This document shows positions 24,576 to 35,520 of a stretch of DNA of 64,000 bases, piece after piece. Position 1 is the first letter of the stretch. Each line of letters opens with the position of its first letter. Origin of the DNA: Takakia lepidozioides (taxonomy: Eukaryota > Plantae > Bryophyta); contig CM060732.1 of the NCBI GenBank assembly GCA_030704615.1, positions 41,850,001 through 41,914,000 of the forward strand, written 5' to 3'. The notes beneath the pieces were generated by a model. It was not told where the DNA came from. It worked only from the letters and a program-made list of their open reading frames with translations, and searched no databases. The translations under genes were made by a program, and so were the position numbers.

Positions 24576-27500
24576 ATGGGGTCGGGCAAGCCAAAGCGAA
24601 AGCGGAACGGCCCAAAAGATGATGATCTTGGTGAGCCCGATGGGGGCGACGTGTCACCGAGGCGGCCGTTTGAGGAAGCGATGCATGTCTCCGAAAACGA
24701 GGCCGCTCAAGAGCGGGAGGAATCTGAGGAGTCGGAGCCCGAGGAATCCCTGAGAGCTCCGACCGACCAACAGATGCCTCCCATGCCGGCAGCCTTTTGG
24801 GAAGGGTTGTTGGCGCAATTTGGCGGGACGTTGAAAGACGTGTTGAAGGCGGCTAATGCCACTTCCACTAAGGCAAAATTTAAGGTGAAGCCTAAGGAAC
24901 CCGACACTTTCGAGGGCGTCCGAAATCAGAAGGCACTCAACACCTGGCTCCTGGAGCTAGAGCAGTACTTCCGGGCGGCCAAGTTGAGTGACGAGGACCG
25001 GGTGAAAGTGGCTCCCACCTATTTGAGGGGCTATGCTCAACAATGGTGGCAGAAACGCCTTCACGACCGAGGTCCAACCCCGGAAACCTTGAATTGGAGT
25101 GGGTTCAAGGAATTGATGAAAAAGCAGTTTGTGCCCCTCAACGCGTCCTGGCTTGCCCGGGACAAGATGAGAAATTTGAAGCAAACAGATGACATTCGGG
25201 GATATGTCCAGGCTTTCAATGTGCTGTTGCTCGAAGTCGCGGACATGGAAAAACCAGAAATGGTCTTCAACTTTGTGGCGGGACTGGCCCCATGGGCTAG
25301 GCGGAAGTTGGAGGAGAAGCCACCTAAGACTTTGAACGAGGCAATTGAGAGGGCTGAATGTTTCTCGGATGTCCCTAAGGGTGAAAGACAAGGCCGTACG
25401 GAGCTGAACCACAAGAAGACCCGGCGGGAAGGTGACGCCTTCCGACCGGAAAAGAAGTGGGATAGGCCACGCGGCGACAATGGCACGTGGAAATCGAAGG
25501 GATGGCCTTCACAAGTCAAGGCGGCACCCGGTGCTTCAAAAGGAAAAGCGGGTGGAGCGGCCTATGGCGGACAGAAGGCGACCTTTGATGGAGTGTGTTT
25601 CAATTGCGGGGAGCCCGGGCACATGGCCAAGAAGTGCATGAAGCCCCGGCAATTGAACATGACTCGGGCGACCACAGAGCTGTCGGAAGATACCATCAGT
25701 CGCTTGGTGGAAGCGGTGGTCGCCAGGATTTGCAAGGTAGGCAAATTTTCTTGTGAATTGTATCAGGAAACTGGCGCCTTACGTAAAGGGAGTCAGTTAT
25801 TGTTCGTGGATGGGATAATATCCGGAACTAATGTATCATTGTTGGTGGACACAGGAGCGTCGCACTCCTTCATGACACCGGCAACGGCACCAAAGCTGGG
25901 ACTCCCGACAAGTGACGTGGGGGCTTCTATTGAGGTGCGTTCTGCCAAAGGAGAACCGCAATTGGCGACGAGGTTGGCGTTCGATGTCCCTCTTCAACTG
26001 GGGAAATGGGAAGGACGTGAGAACTTCACCATTTGCGAGATCGATGGAGTGGATCTCATTTTGGGGATAACCTTTTTGAGCAAATCCGGAGCGGTCATAG
26101 ATGGCCGCAAAAGAGTAGTCACGCTACCATGTGGGGATGGTGGCGAAGTCTTACGAGTATTGGAAACGCCCAAACCCGTGGGAGGGCGAATAAACCTTCT
26201 GTCAGCAAGGGAGTGGGCCGTGGAGGAGGCACACGAGCCCCAATTTTTGCTTTACATTAGAGAAGTGAAGGGAGAAGGCGATGGGGAGCCGAGCCCAGAT
26301 TGGATCAAGGGGATTTTGGAGAGATACCAGGATGTGATGCCGGAGGATTTACCAAGCGGCTTGCCACCGCGAAGAGGAGTTGACCACAAGATTGAGGTGA
26401 TACCGGGATCAAAACCGCCTGCCAAGGCGCCCTACTGGTTGAGCCACAGAGAGTTGGTCGAGCTGAAGACTCAGCTCAAAGATCTAATGTCAAAGGGGTA
26501 CATCCGGCCGAGTAAGTCACCTTACGGAGCCCCGGTGCTATTCGCAGACAAGAAGGATGGGATGCTGCGGATGTGTGTCGATTACAGGGCTTTGAATAAG
26601 GTGACTATCAAAAACCGGTATCATTTGCCAAGGATCGACAACCTTTTCGATCGGTTGGCAGGAGCGAAGTATTTCAGCCGGATCGATCTGCGCTCCGGCT
26701 ATCATCAAATTCGAGTGGCGGAAGGAGATGAGGAGAAGACCGCGTACAGGACAAGGTATGGTTCATATGAGTTCTTGGTGATGCCTTTTGGGCTCACCAA
26801 TGCACCCGCGACCTTTAGCACGCTGATGAACAGCCTTTTCCAGGAGTGGTTGGATGACTTTATGATCGTGTACATCGAAGACATCTTGGTGTATTCGAAA
26901 ACAAAGGAGGAGCACCTGGAGCACCTCAAAAGGGTGTTCCAGAAATTGCGGGAAGGGAAGCTGTATGCCAAAGCTTCAAAGTGCGAATTCGGGGTCACAA
27001 AAGTGGAGTTCCTGGGGTATGTGATTACACAGGATGGGATCAAAATGGATGACAGAAAGGTGAAGGCGATCTTGGATTGGGAGCCTCCGACTTCGGTCCC
27101 GGGAGTGCGATCCTTCCTAGGACTCGCCTCCTATTACCGGAAGTATGTGAGAAATTTCACCAAGATCGCGGGGCCGTTGTCAGACCTTCTGTGTAAATCC
27201 AAAGTCTGGGTATGGAACACCTTGTGTGGCCAAGCTTTTGCTGAATTGAAGCAGCGGATGGCGGAAGCTCCAGTCTTGAAAATCCCGGAGTTCGATCGGC
27301 CGTTCGAGATTCATACAGATGCGTCGGACTTTGCGATTGGGGGTGTACTGATGCAAGATGGACGTCCAGTGGCTTACGAAAGTAAGAAACTGAACGAAGT
27401 GGAGCGACGGTGGCCGACGCACGAGAAAGAGATGAAGGCGGTGGTGCACTGTCTTGAGCTTTGGCGCCACTATGTTGGTTCCAACCCAGTGAAGGTGTTC

Positions 27501-29137
27501 ACGGACAATGTTACGGTGAAGTATTTTGCCACGCAGCCCAAGTTGTCCCCAAAACAACTTAGGTGGCAAGATACTTTGGCGGTGTTTGACGTGGATATCC
27601 AGTACAAACCGGGAAGTGACAATGTGGTGGCCGATGCTTTAAGTAGAAAGCAGCAGCTCCTGTTGGTGTACAGGGGCGAGACGGCGCTCCAAAGGGAGAT
27701 CCGGAAGGCTTGCCAGAAGGATGAGCTGGCGAAGTCCGTGATGCAGGACTTGAGGAGGGGGGTTAAATCGCAATTCCACTTGCAAAATGGACTGCTCCGG
27801 TATAAGCAAAAGCGTCTCTACGTGCCGAAGGGAGGGATCAGAGATAGTCTCTTGAGAGAATGCCATGATAGCCCGCTTGCGGGCCACGGTGGAGCCAAGC
27901 GCACTGCGGCACTCTTGAAGAAAGAGTATTTCTGGCCCAAACTGAGGGAGGAGGCAGAGGAGTATGTCAAGACATGCACCACATGCCAACAAAACCGGAG
28001 CGAGTACAAAAAGCAAGCGGGGCTGTTACAACCCTTGCCGATTCCAGAGGGGACTTGGGAAAACGTCTCGATGGATTTCATGACTGCTATGCCGCTGTCA
28101 AAAGGATTCGATGCAATCATGGTGGTGGTGGATAGGTTCAGTAAAATGGGCCATTTCATCCCCACCAAGGAGATGGCAACGGCGCAAGAGACAGGGCGAC
28201 TTTACTTCGCCCATGTCTTAAAACATCATGGAGTCCCGAAGGATATTGTCTCGGACCGCGATCCAAAGTTTACGAGTAAATTTTGGATGACACTTTGGAA
28301 GAAGATGGGGACGAGGCTGAAGATGAGCACCGCCTTCCGACCTACGACCGACTGCCAAACGGAAAGAGTGAATTCCGTAGTGAAGCAGATGTTGCGGAAT
28401 TACGTGTCGGCAGACCAATCAGACTGGGTGGAACACTTAGACGCGGTAGAGTTCTGTTATAATAACACAAAACACTTCGCAACGGGAGTTTCCCCTTTCG
28501 TATTGGTCTATGGAAAAGCACCTCTGGTGCCGACAAGTTGGGCCGCCCAGGACGTTGAGGAACCGGCAGTAGCGGCGGTACTGGAAGAACGCGAGCGTTT
28601 GTTGAAGCTCGCAAAATACAACATTGCCAAAGCGAGGAAACGGTATGAAAGGCAGGCGAATCGGAAGCGGAGGGAAGTGAAGTTTGAGGCAGGCACGGAG
28701 GTCTGGTTGAACATCAAGAATTTCCGACTACCTCCGGAAGTGAGTCCAAAATTCGTACCTCCGTATGCGGGACCCTTTCGCATCCGGAAGGTTATGAATG
28801 AGGATGTGTATGATTTGGAGCTGCCGGCAAACAGCAAGGTGTATCCAGTATTCCACGTCTCTCTTTGAAGCCTTACTTCAAAGATGAAGTGCATCCGAAT
28901 CGGCATCAAGTGTTGCGTCTGCCACATGTGCTGTTGGATCATGAAAATGAACCTGAATACGAGGTGGAGGCAGTACTTAAGTCGAGGAGGTTCAAGAACC
29001 GAGAAACGGAGTATCTCGTCAAATGGAAGGGCTATCATCATGTGGAGGCATCTTGGGTGCGTGCCTCAGAAATGGGAAACGCATCCGAGGCGGTTGCAGT
29101 TTTCGAAGGGCGACCTCAAAAGCGGAAGAAGCGTTGA
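24576..29137 (+). CDS. Gag-Pol polyprotein with a mutated RT catalytic motif and a frameshifted chromodomain
   Basis: ATG 24576; zinc knuckle [14 protein letters not shown]; protease VDTGASHSF; RT YIEDIL (YxDD changed to YxED at 26871-26882); RNase H TDAS; integrase HHCC and D,D-35-E. A 1-bp deletion at FHVSL/LKPY (about 28865) puts the chromodomain [19 protein letters not shown] in another frame, ending at 29137. Confidence 0.93.
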
Positions 29138-30043
29138 TGGGGACATCAACCTTGGAGCGTGGGGGAAGAAATGCATGCTTAGCCCGGCTTAGCTAGCTCA
29201 GGAATCCGATTGTAAAAACTTGTATTGTACAAAAATTTGTTATAAAGGAAATGGGTTCCAAATGTTGTGTGTCCTATTTTGTTTGGAATGGTGATGCATG
29301 GTGTGGTTGGCTAGTGTGTAGAATGCATGCTAGCTCACAAAAGTGGGAGAGGTAAATTGGGTTAATCGTGTGTTTGCGCAGTGCCGAAATCGGGTGACTC
29401 TCATCCAAGGGGCGAGGAAACATGCGCATTCTTTGGGAGTTCACGTGCTAGTACGCACCTGGCGCATGCGCGTACTATAACTACGCTACCGAGGTGGTTG
29501 CCTTGTAGTGCGGGCTAACGCGGAAGCTATGTGCTTCCGTTCACGTACTATAATCGTGTAGCCTCGGGACGAAGTCGTAGTGCGGCTTCGACGTGTTCCC
29601 GTACCTCAGGCCAGCATTCCAAGACGGACCCAATTGTAGTGATTGGGGCGCACGGTTGGTTCAAGGTTATCTTCCTAGTCAAAGGGGGTTCGAGGTGAAC
29701 CCTTGCGCAAAGTGATGCCAAAAGCGGCATCAGGAGCGATCGCAAGCAATGTTGTTGCAGTAAGGCGATTCGATCCTCGGGGAGGATCGTTCCTTGACCT
29801 TGAAGAAGGCCAAGAAGAGTGCACTGGGAGGAGCTTGAGAGGCTCCACCCCTGGCCGGGACTTGGAGGAAGTCGGCCGAACTAGCTAGTGGAGAGTAGAG
29901 TCAAGTGTGGGGTTTGGTTCTTTGCCATGGGACGCCATGGTACGGAAACAAACTCCTTGATGTGGGATGCCACAACTTGGATGTTCGTTTCTACAAAATG
30001 GACAAGTCGATGAGGACATCGACTCCCTATTGGTAGGGGTGTG

Positions 30044-30769
30044 TGTCGCGGTCCTTTGCCTTGATTGCAGGGGGTCGGGACACATGAGGGGCTGCCCCTG
30101 TGGTGGGGGCAGCGGCAGCGATAGGTATGGGGGGCTGAAGCACCCTTGAGTGCCCAAGGCACTCAAGGAGGCAGAGGCGCTCACTAGGTGGAGCCCCGCA
30201 CACCGGGTTGCGGTGGGGGTGGCTCCACAAGGGGTGGTGGTAGCTTAGCGGGACTTAGTGGGGGTGGCATAGGACTCACCATGGGGGCGGAGACCTCGTG
30301 GTGGGAGTCGTGGGGAGTCTTGGGACTCATCACGGTCCATAGGGGCCGTGGTGAGTGGGCCAAGACTCACCGCGACTCATCACCGGGAGTCGAGGGTTTT
30401 CGTGGTGGTTCACCATAAAATGACATGGCTGGTTGTGAAACCCCCGCGGACAGCTACAAAAGTATATATAGGGAGTAGTAACCCCGAGAACGGTGCAAGC
30501 CCGTTGGTGACCAAAAACTAGTGAGTAAGCGAGCGAGCCGGAAAGCGACCAAAGAGTGGGGAGCTGTTCTGAACTGCCAACTACCAAAGGGAATTCCCGC
30601 TGGTTCCAAATCGGTGGAGGGTTCTTTGGGAGTTCAAAGGGGGACCGTTATGCCCCGGTGAGCAGCCGAAGCTCCAAGTTGGTCCGGCGGCCAGGTTGGG
30701 AGTTAGTGGCGCGCATCAAGCTAGCAACTATGACTTGAAAAGGAGCTTACCGAAGTGAGGTGCGCGACA
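30044..30769 (+). repeat. 3' LTR (726 bp)
   Basis: Direct repeat of the 5' LTR, preceded by the purine-rich tract ggtaggggtgtg. Confidence 0.97.
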
Positions 30770-31649
30770 TAGGACTCAAGTAGGAAATCCCTTTTCTCGT
30801 AATCTCTGCATATAAACAGCTTAGGATGGGTTCATTTTTTTTCAGGGTAATGAGTATGAAGGCTAGCAACAACATCACTAGAGGAATTTTGGTTCCCTCA
30901 AAAATTGGGACACGTTTGGGGCGATTTGGGGGTCCCATGCTAGAAATGGCCATTTTTACCTCTTATTTTCCCGTACAAAGCAACCATTGTGAATTTATGG
31001 AATTTGGCTCTAGGTTTTTGGGTGGACATGTTGTAGGTACCATATAATCAGAATCTGGGTAGCTTGTATCAAATTTTCTTTTTTTTTAAGAAAGGGGATA
31101 GAGGCTTTTTTAATCAAATTAATAAATAAAAGGTGTCACACTAGTGGAAAAAATAAGCACTGTAGGGGCCGTGACTCCCCCGTTACCCTAGCTAACAAAG
31201 CGAAAACGATAGAGAGCAGAGGTGAGTGGGGGGAAGCAGTGAGAAGGGGAGTGTCAAGAAGGGAGATGCATCTATGAGAAGATGAGGGGTGAAGTGATAA
31301 ATTCTAGCAAGGAAGGGAGTATTGTCATGTAGTATATGTGAGTTTTGTTCCATCTTCGAGGGAGCTGAAGATGATTCGCAGGAATAAAGAGAAGTACTTG
31401 GCAGTGAACTGGCAGAGCAGCTTACAGGTATCAGAATTTCAACTGAGTTTAAAACTTTGGATCTCTAGCTCTCTTGTGATGCCAATTGAAGTCGTCCTCT
31501 TCCCCCTCACCAGGGGACCTCCCATTGAGGGGGGATGGGTTCTTGCCAGTGAGAATATAAGTCAGAAAGACCGGAGCCGAGCATGTTGTTTTTGCCCTAG
31601 GACTTATGGAAATCTTGGAGCAACTTCCTCCCCTGTTGCTCAGAATCTA

Positions 31650-34600
31650 AGACCAAGTGCAATTTCCTATGTATCCAAGTGCGTCTCCCATGTCGAGACC
31701 CATCTAAGCCCAAATGCCATCTTTAAAAAATGCATTCAAGTGCATCTCCCAACCACTGCCACCGGCACTCGGCTCCTCACCCCCAGTGAATTCACCCTGA
31801 AATACTCCAGAGCCACAACCAAGACCTGCCAGCTTCTCCTCTACCTCCGTATCTTATTTTGCCACCCATCTGCCTCATGCACCCTGGTGGCGGGCTCCAC
31901 ACCCAGAAAGCTCTTCAATGGGCTCACTTACCGGCCCACACCATCTGTCACTATCCTCATACTCACACATTAGCGCTCGCCAGACAACCCCCACCCCTTA
32001 CTACAACTCCTACTGGGCACCACACTTCTAGCCTCCATTGAACCAGACCAGCTTAAATACTCTCACAACCCACCCTTCCCCAAATATATCTTCAGCATGC
32101 AGAACCCACCCTCACTCTAGTCCTACATGTCCAACACACATCCTCCCCCCCCCATACCACATACACTGATGAGCTCGCCCACCTTGACCATATACTTACA
32201 CATACTCATGGTTCACGGTCACCGTTGGCCTAACCCTACTCCTTACTCCCCACCCCATAGTCCAACTACCCCTTCAACCATACCAGCTCCCAAAATCAAC
32301 CTAGGCAAAGCCTGGATCAGAGCGTCCCCGCGTCCTCTTCTTGCCCCTTTAACCACACGGGACATCCCCCCACCATACCACCAAATTATGCTCCTGAAAT
32401 ATCTCTCGACGGGGATGCCTCCGCGTAAGCCTGGCCGCGTGAGCGCAGTCAGGCTCACGCCACATCAGCAGTTCTCGCCACGTTGGTTCACGGGTGTCAC
32501 GACACGTCAACAGTCCTCGCGTGTGGTCGATGCCACGTCACGTCATACCATGTCATTTCCATAGGCACGGATCTATAACTGCGGACAGAATAGGCAGAAC
32601 GGGGGAATGCTAGATTGTGAGCCCAGAGGCGTGAGGTAGGTGCTTATTTCCACGGAATGATTTACCCTTTCCAGTCATTGCAGATTTACCCTTCCCACCG
32701 CCGCCCCTCGTGTCATAAACTGCGATTTGATAGGTATACAATTGCCGAAGTGAGACCTTTATCCCTCCCATGAAATGGAGAATGAGTGTGTTAGTTTCAA
32801 CAAACTTTTGTATCAGTCGATAACAAGGTGTAGTAGCAGTTCCCAGTGCAGATCCCCAACCCTCAAAGTTAGCCGGAGTGGAATTGAGGCTTTCCTACGT
32901 AAAAATCGCCCAGATAGAATAGACTGATTTAGATATGGTCTACATACTAAGCCCTTGCATGTTTGGAAATCAAGTATCAAGTATCAAACAGAGGTGATGA
33001 TCGTCGACGATCATCACAACTACCCAAATGCCAAAACAGAACAGAAGTGATGATCGGCACCAATCATCATGTTTTTTTTTTTTTCCCGTATTATTCCAAA
33101 AAAAAATTGCTCTAGTTTGGCATTTTGGTAGAGGTCGTGATGATCGTCGACGATCATCACTTCTACTCTGTTTTGGCTGTGCTCTGTGTGGCAAGTTTTT
33201 AGAACTCATGCATCAGGGGAAACCTTTTGCTAAACTCGTAAGCTCGGTTCACTCAGACCTTTTGTCCTTGTCCCGTAAGGCGTTCCGCATGGTTGGGGGA
33301 AGGTGTTTGCATCTGTGCCCTCTGGTTGGATGTTATTTTCCTATTATTTGGTCTTCCATCTCGGTCTACCGTGTATCTCTGCTGTGTCGCTATGTACTGC
33401 AGGGTTCTTTTTGATACCGTGATCCCTCTTCTCTTCGTTATTTGGGGAGGAAGCAGGGTCTTCCTGGGTCAGCCTCTATGAACTCTTTGTAATTGTTATT
33501 GTAAAACTTACAATTGTAATTGTAGAATGTTGTGGAATGTATGCCACAGTTTTAGGCTTATTTCCCATTTTGGGTATTTTGGGTATTTTGATGGTATTCT
33601 TGATGGTATTTTGATTTCATGTTGCCTAAGTTCATCCCACGGTCATAGGCACTGTATGTTTCTATTGACGTGGCGGATGCTGATGTGGCGCCACGTCAGC
33701 ATTCGACACCATGGCAACCTGCTGGCATCACGCACACGTCCACGCCACGTCACCAGTGTGTGAGCGTACGCTCACACGCTCACGCGCGAGGCTCACGCGG
33801 TTGCGTTGTTGTCCCTTGACCCACTGATACTATACTAATGGTTCCATCACAAGATCCAACATCGGGTACATCGTATATCACGCTGCCACGAACCAGGGCA
33901 CGGCCTTTAGACTCCCCGAGCATGCCACCATACTTCAGGCTGAGCTCATGGCCTTTAGACTCCCCGAGCATGCCACCATACTTCAGGCTGAGCTCATGGG
34001 CATCTGTGAAGCTCTCTCCCAATTATCTTCATTTTCCCCTCCACACTATATCTTTATGGATAGCCTCACATTGTTTTTTCTTATCTGTAACCACCTTTCT
34101 TGCCCTTCCTCACATCATCATCATCACCTAGATCGCAACTTTATTACAGCCATAGCCGGACTAGCCATATCCATGGGCCAACCCATCCACTTTCTAAAAT
34201 TTCGCTCACACACTGGTATTGCTGGTAACGAGGCGGCTGACCTCCTTGCTCAAATTGACGCTCTTAAGCCCTTTGTTGACCCCACCAATGATCATATTCA
34301 TATTGCGCATACCCATCCATTCTGGCTTGTACACCCCATCCCAAACCCCCCTAATCCCAAACTCGTCCGTAACCTCCTCACCGTCCTCACTAGGAAAGCC
34401 AATCTACAAGTTGTGACATCTATGAGCCACACCAAAGTCCACATTCAAAAAATGGATACAATCCACAATACTCCATCATAAATTGTCAAACTATTTCTGG
34501 CACTCCAAAACTGCGTAAGGGGACTAGTCATGGCCATAAACCGTGTTTACGTTGGTGGCCCATATATTGAGCGTATCAAAATTTAAGTGTTTGTGTAATT

Positions 34601-35100
34601 GCCCTCTATGCTTATTTACTCATCATGTTAGAGATACATGGCCGCATCTCCTCAGCCAATTTACCCACCCGGTCATTCATGATCTACATATAACCCGTCA
34701 TAACCATGCAGTCTGGCACATCCACAAACTCCTTATGCAACGCTTCGAAACTCGTTGGTCCTCATTCATAAATGCAGGCACATACTAAGGCGAGCCCCCA
34801 GCCCATACTGTCCCGCTGTGGTTACTCCCATGCACTTGCCTGCGCCCCCTTGCACTTGCCCTACCGAACTATGTCGTGATATCCTGCTTGTACATGGCCT
34901 ACCCATTAATACCCCCTGCCCACCTCCCCATCCCTACATATTACCATTTACTTTATCGAATTCACATACTGCCATGATCGCTAACCCCACCTCCTCCATC
35001 CTAGAAAAATGACAAAAGTATGCACTACTTATTCTTGGTATCCGTCGTAGAGGCTAGAGCACTGGCCCACTCTCCGTCATTTCGGCCGGTACTCCATAAT
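31650..35100 (+). mobile_element. Degenerate non-LTR retrotransposon 3' portion with RNase H, CCHC and restriction-like endonuclease motifs (Dualen/RandI-like), split by an insertion at 32411-33815
   Basis: RNase H YYT(N)GS...TILQAELMGI.EAL...IF.DSL...K.RSHTGIAGNEAADLLA (about 33830-34250); CPLC..DTWPHLLS at 34600; RHNHAV at 34696; (P)DILLV at about 34875; FIEFTYC.DR at about 34955; K..KY at about 35010. A 48-bp tandem duplication lies at 33902-33997. Confidence 0.78.
32411..33815. mobile_element. ~1.4-kb non-autonomous TIR element inserted in the LINE relic
   Basis: GGG...CCC ends with imperfect inverted repeats ccgcgt(a/g)agcct..cgcgtgagcg and CCACGTCA-rich subtermini. Flanks tcgac/ttgac form a putative 5-bp TSD with 1 mismatch. 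Removing the insertion rejoins ..KYLST H*YYTNGS. Confidence 0.68.
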
Positions 35101-35520
35101 GCTAGCATCGCTACATTGCTTCCTTCGAAACGGGCATGAATGTTTTTTGTTTGTTTTATATTTGATGTTGCACTTGGAGGAATTGCCCTGGCCGCAAGGA
35201 AACAGCTCTCTCGGAGATACATCTGGAGGGTACCGATGAGCACATTTCTTTCATTTGCTGGAGCCTGTAGGGACTTAGATCCTGAGAGAGAGAAAGTGAT
35301 GCCTGCAGGATTGAACCCTGAACAATGTCTGCAGGAGGGTTTCTATACCGGACGCCACTGACAAAAAGAATTAGGAGTCTTCTTGTGGGAACCATAGACC
35401 CATTTTCGGTAGCCTGGCTGCTCCATGCATGAGGGGTCTCTCATGGAGCAGTGAAGAACCATAAGGATAAGCAAATCTTCAGACTGATCTTCGGTATGGG
35501 ATATTTTGGGAGTGATCAAG

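Larger units (their letters stand above)
23794..30769 (+). mobile_element. Full-length Ty3/gypsy chromovirus LTR retrotransposon (Galadriel-like), probably non-autonomous now
   Basis: LTRs 23794-24520 and 30044-30769 (TGTCGCG...CGCGACA), TSD TAGGA at 23789-23793 and 30770-30774, PBS tggtatcaaagc (iMet type) at 24523, gag-PR-RT-RH-INT-chromodomain order. Confidence 0.97.

Noticed and set aside
28860-28870. Programmed frameshift producing an optional chromodomain
   Set aside because: No slippery heptamer; a 1-bp deletion in FHVSLLKPY is simpler and the copy has other inactivating changes
31139-31165. CACTAGTGGAAAAAAT as a third CACTA terminus
   Set aside because: No subterminal repeats follow and no partner end is present
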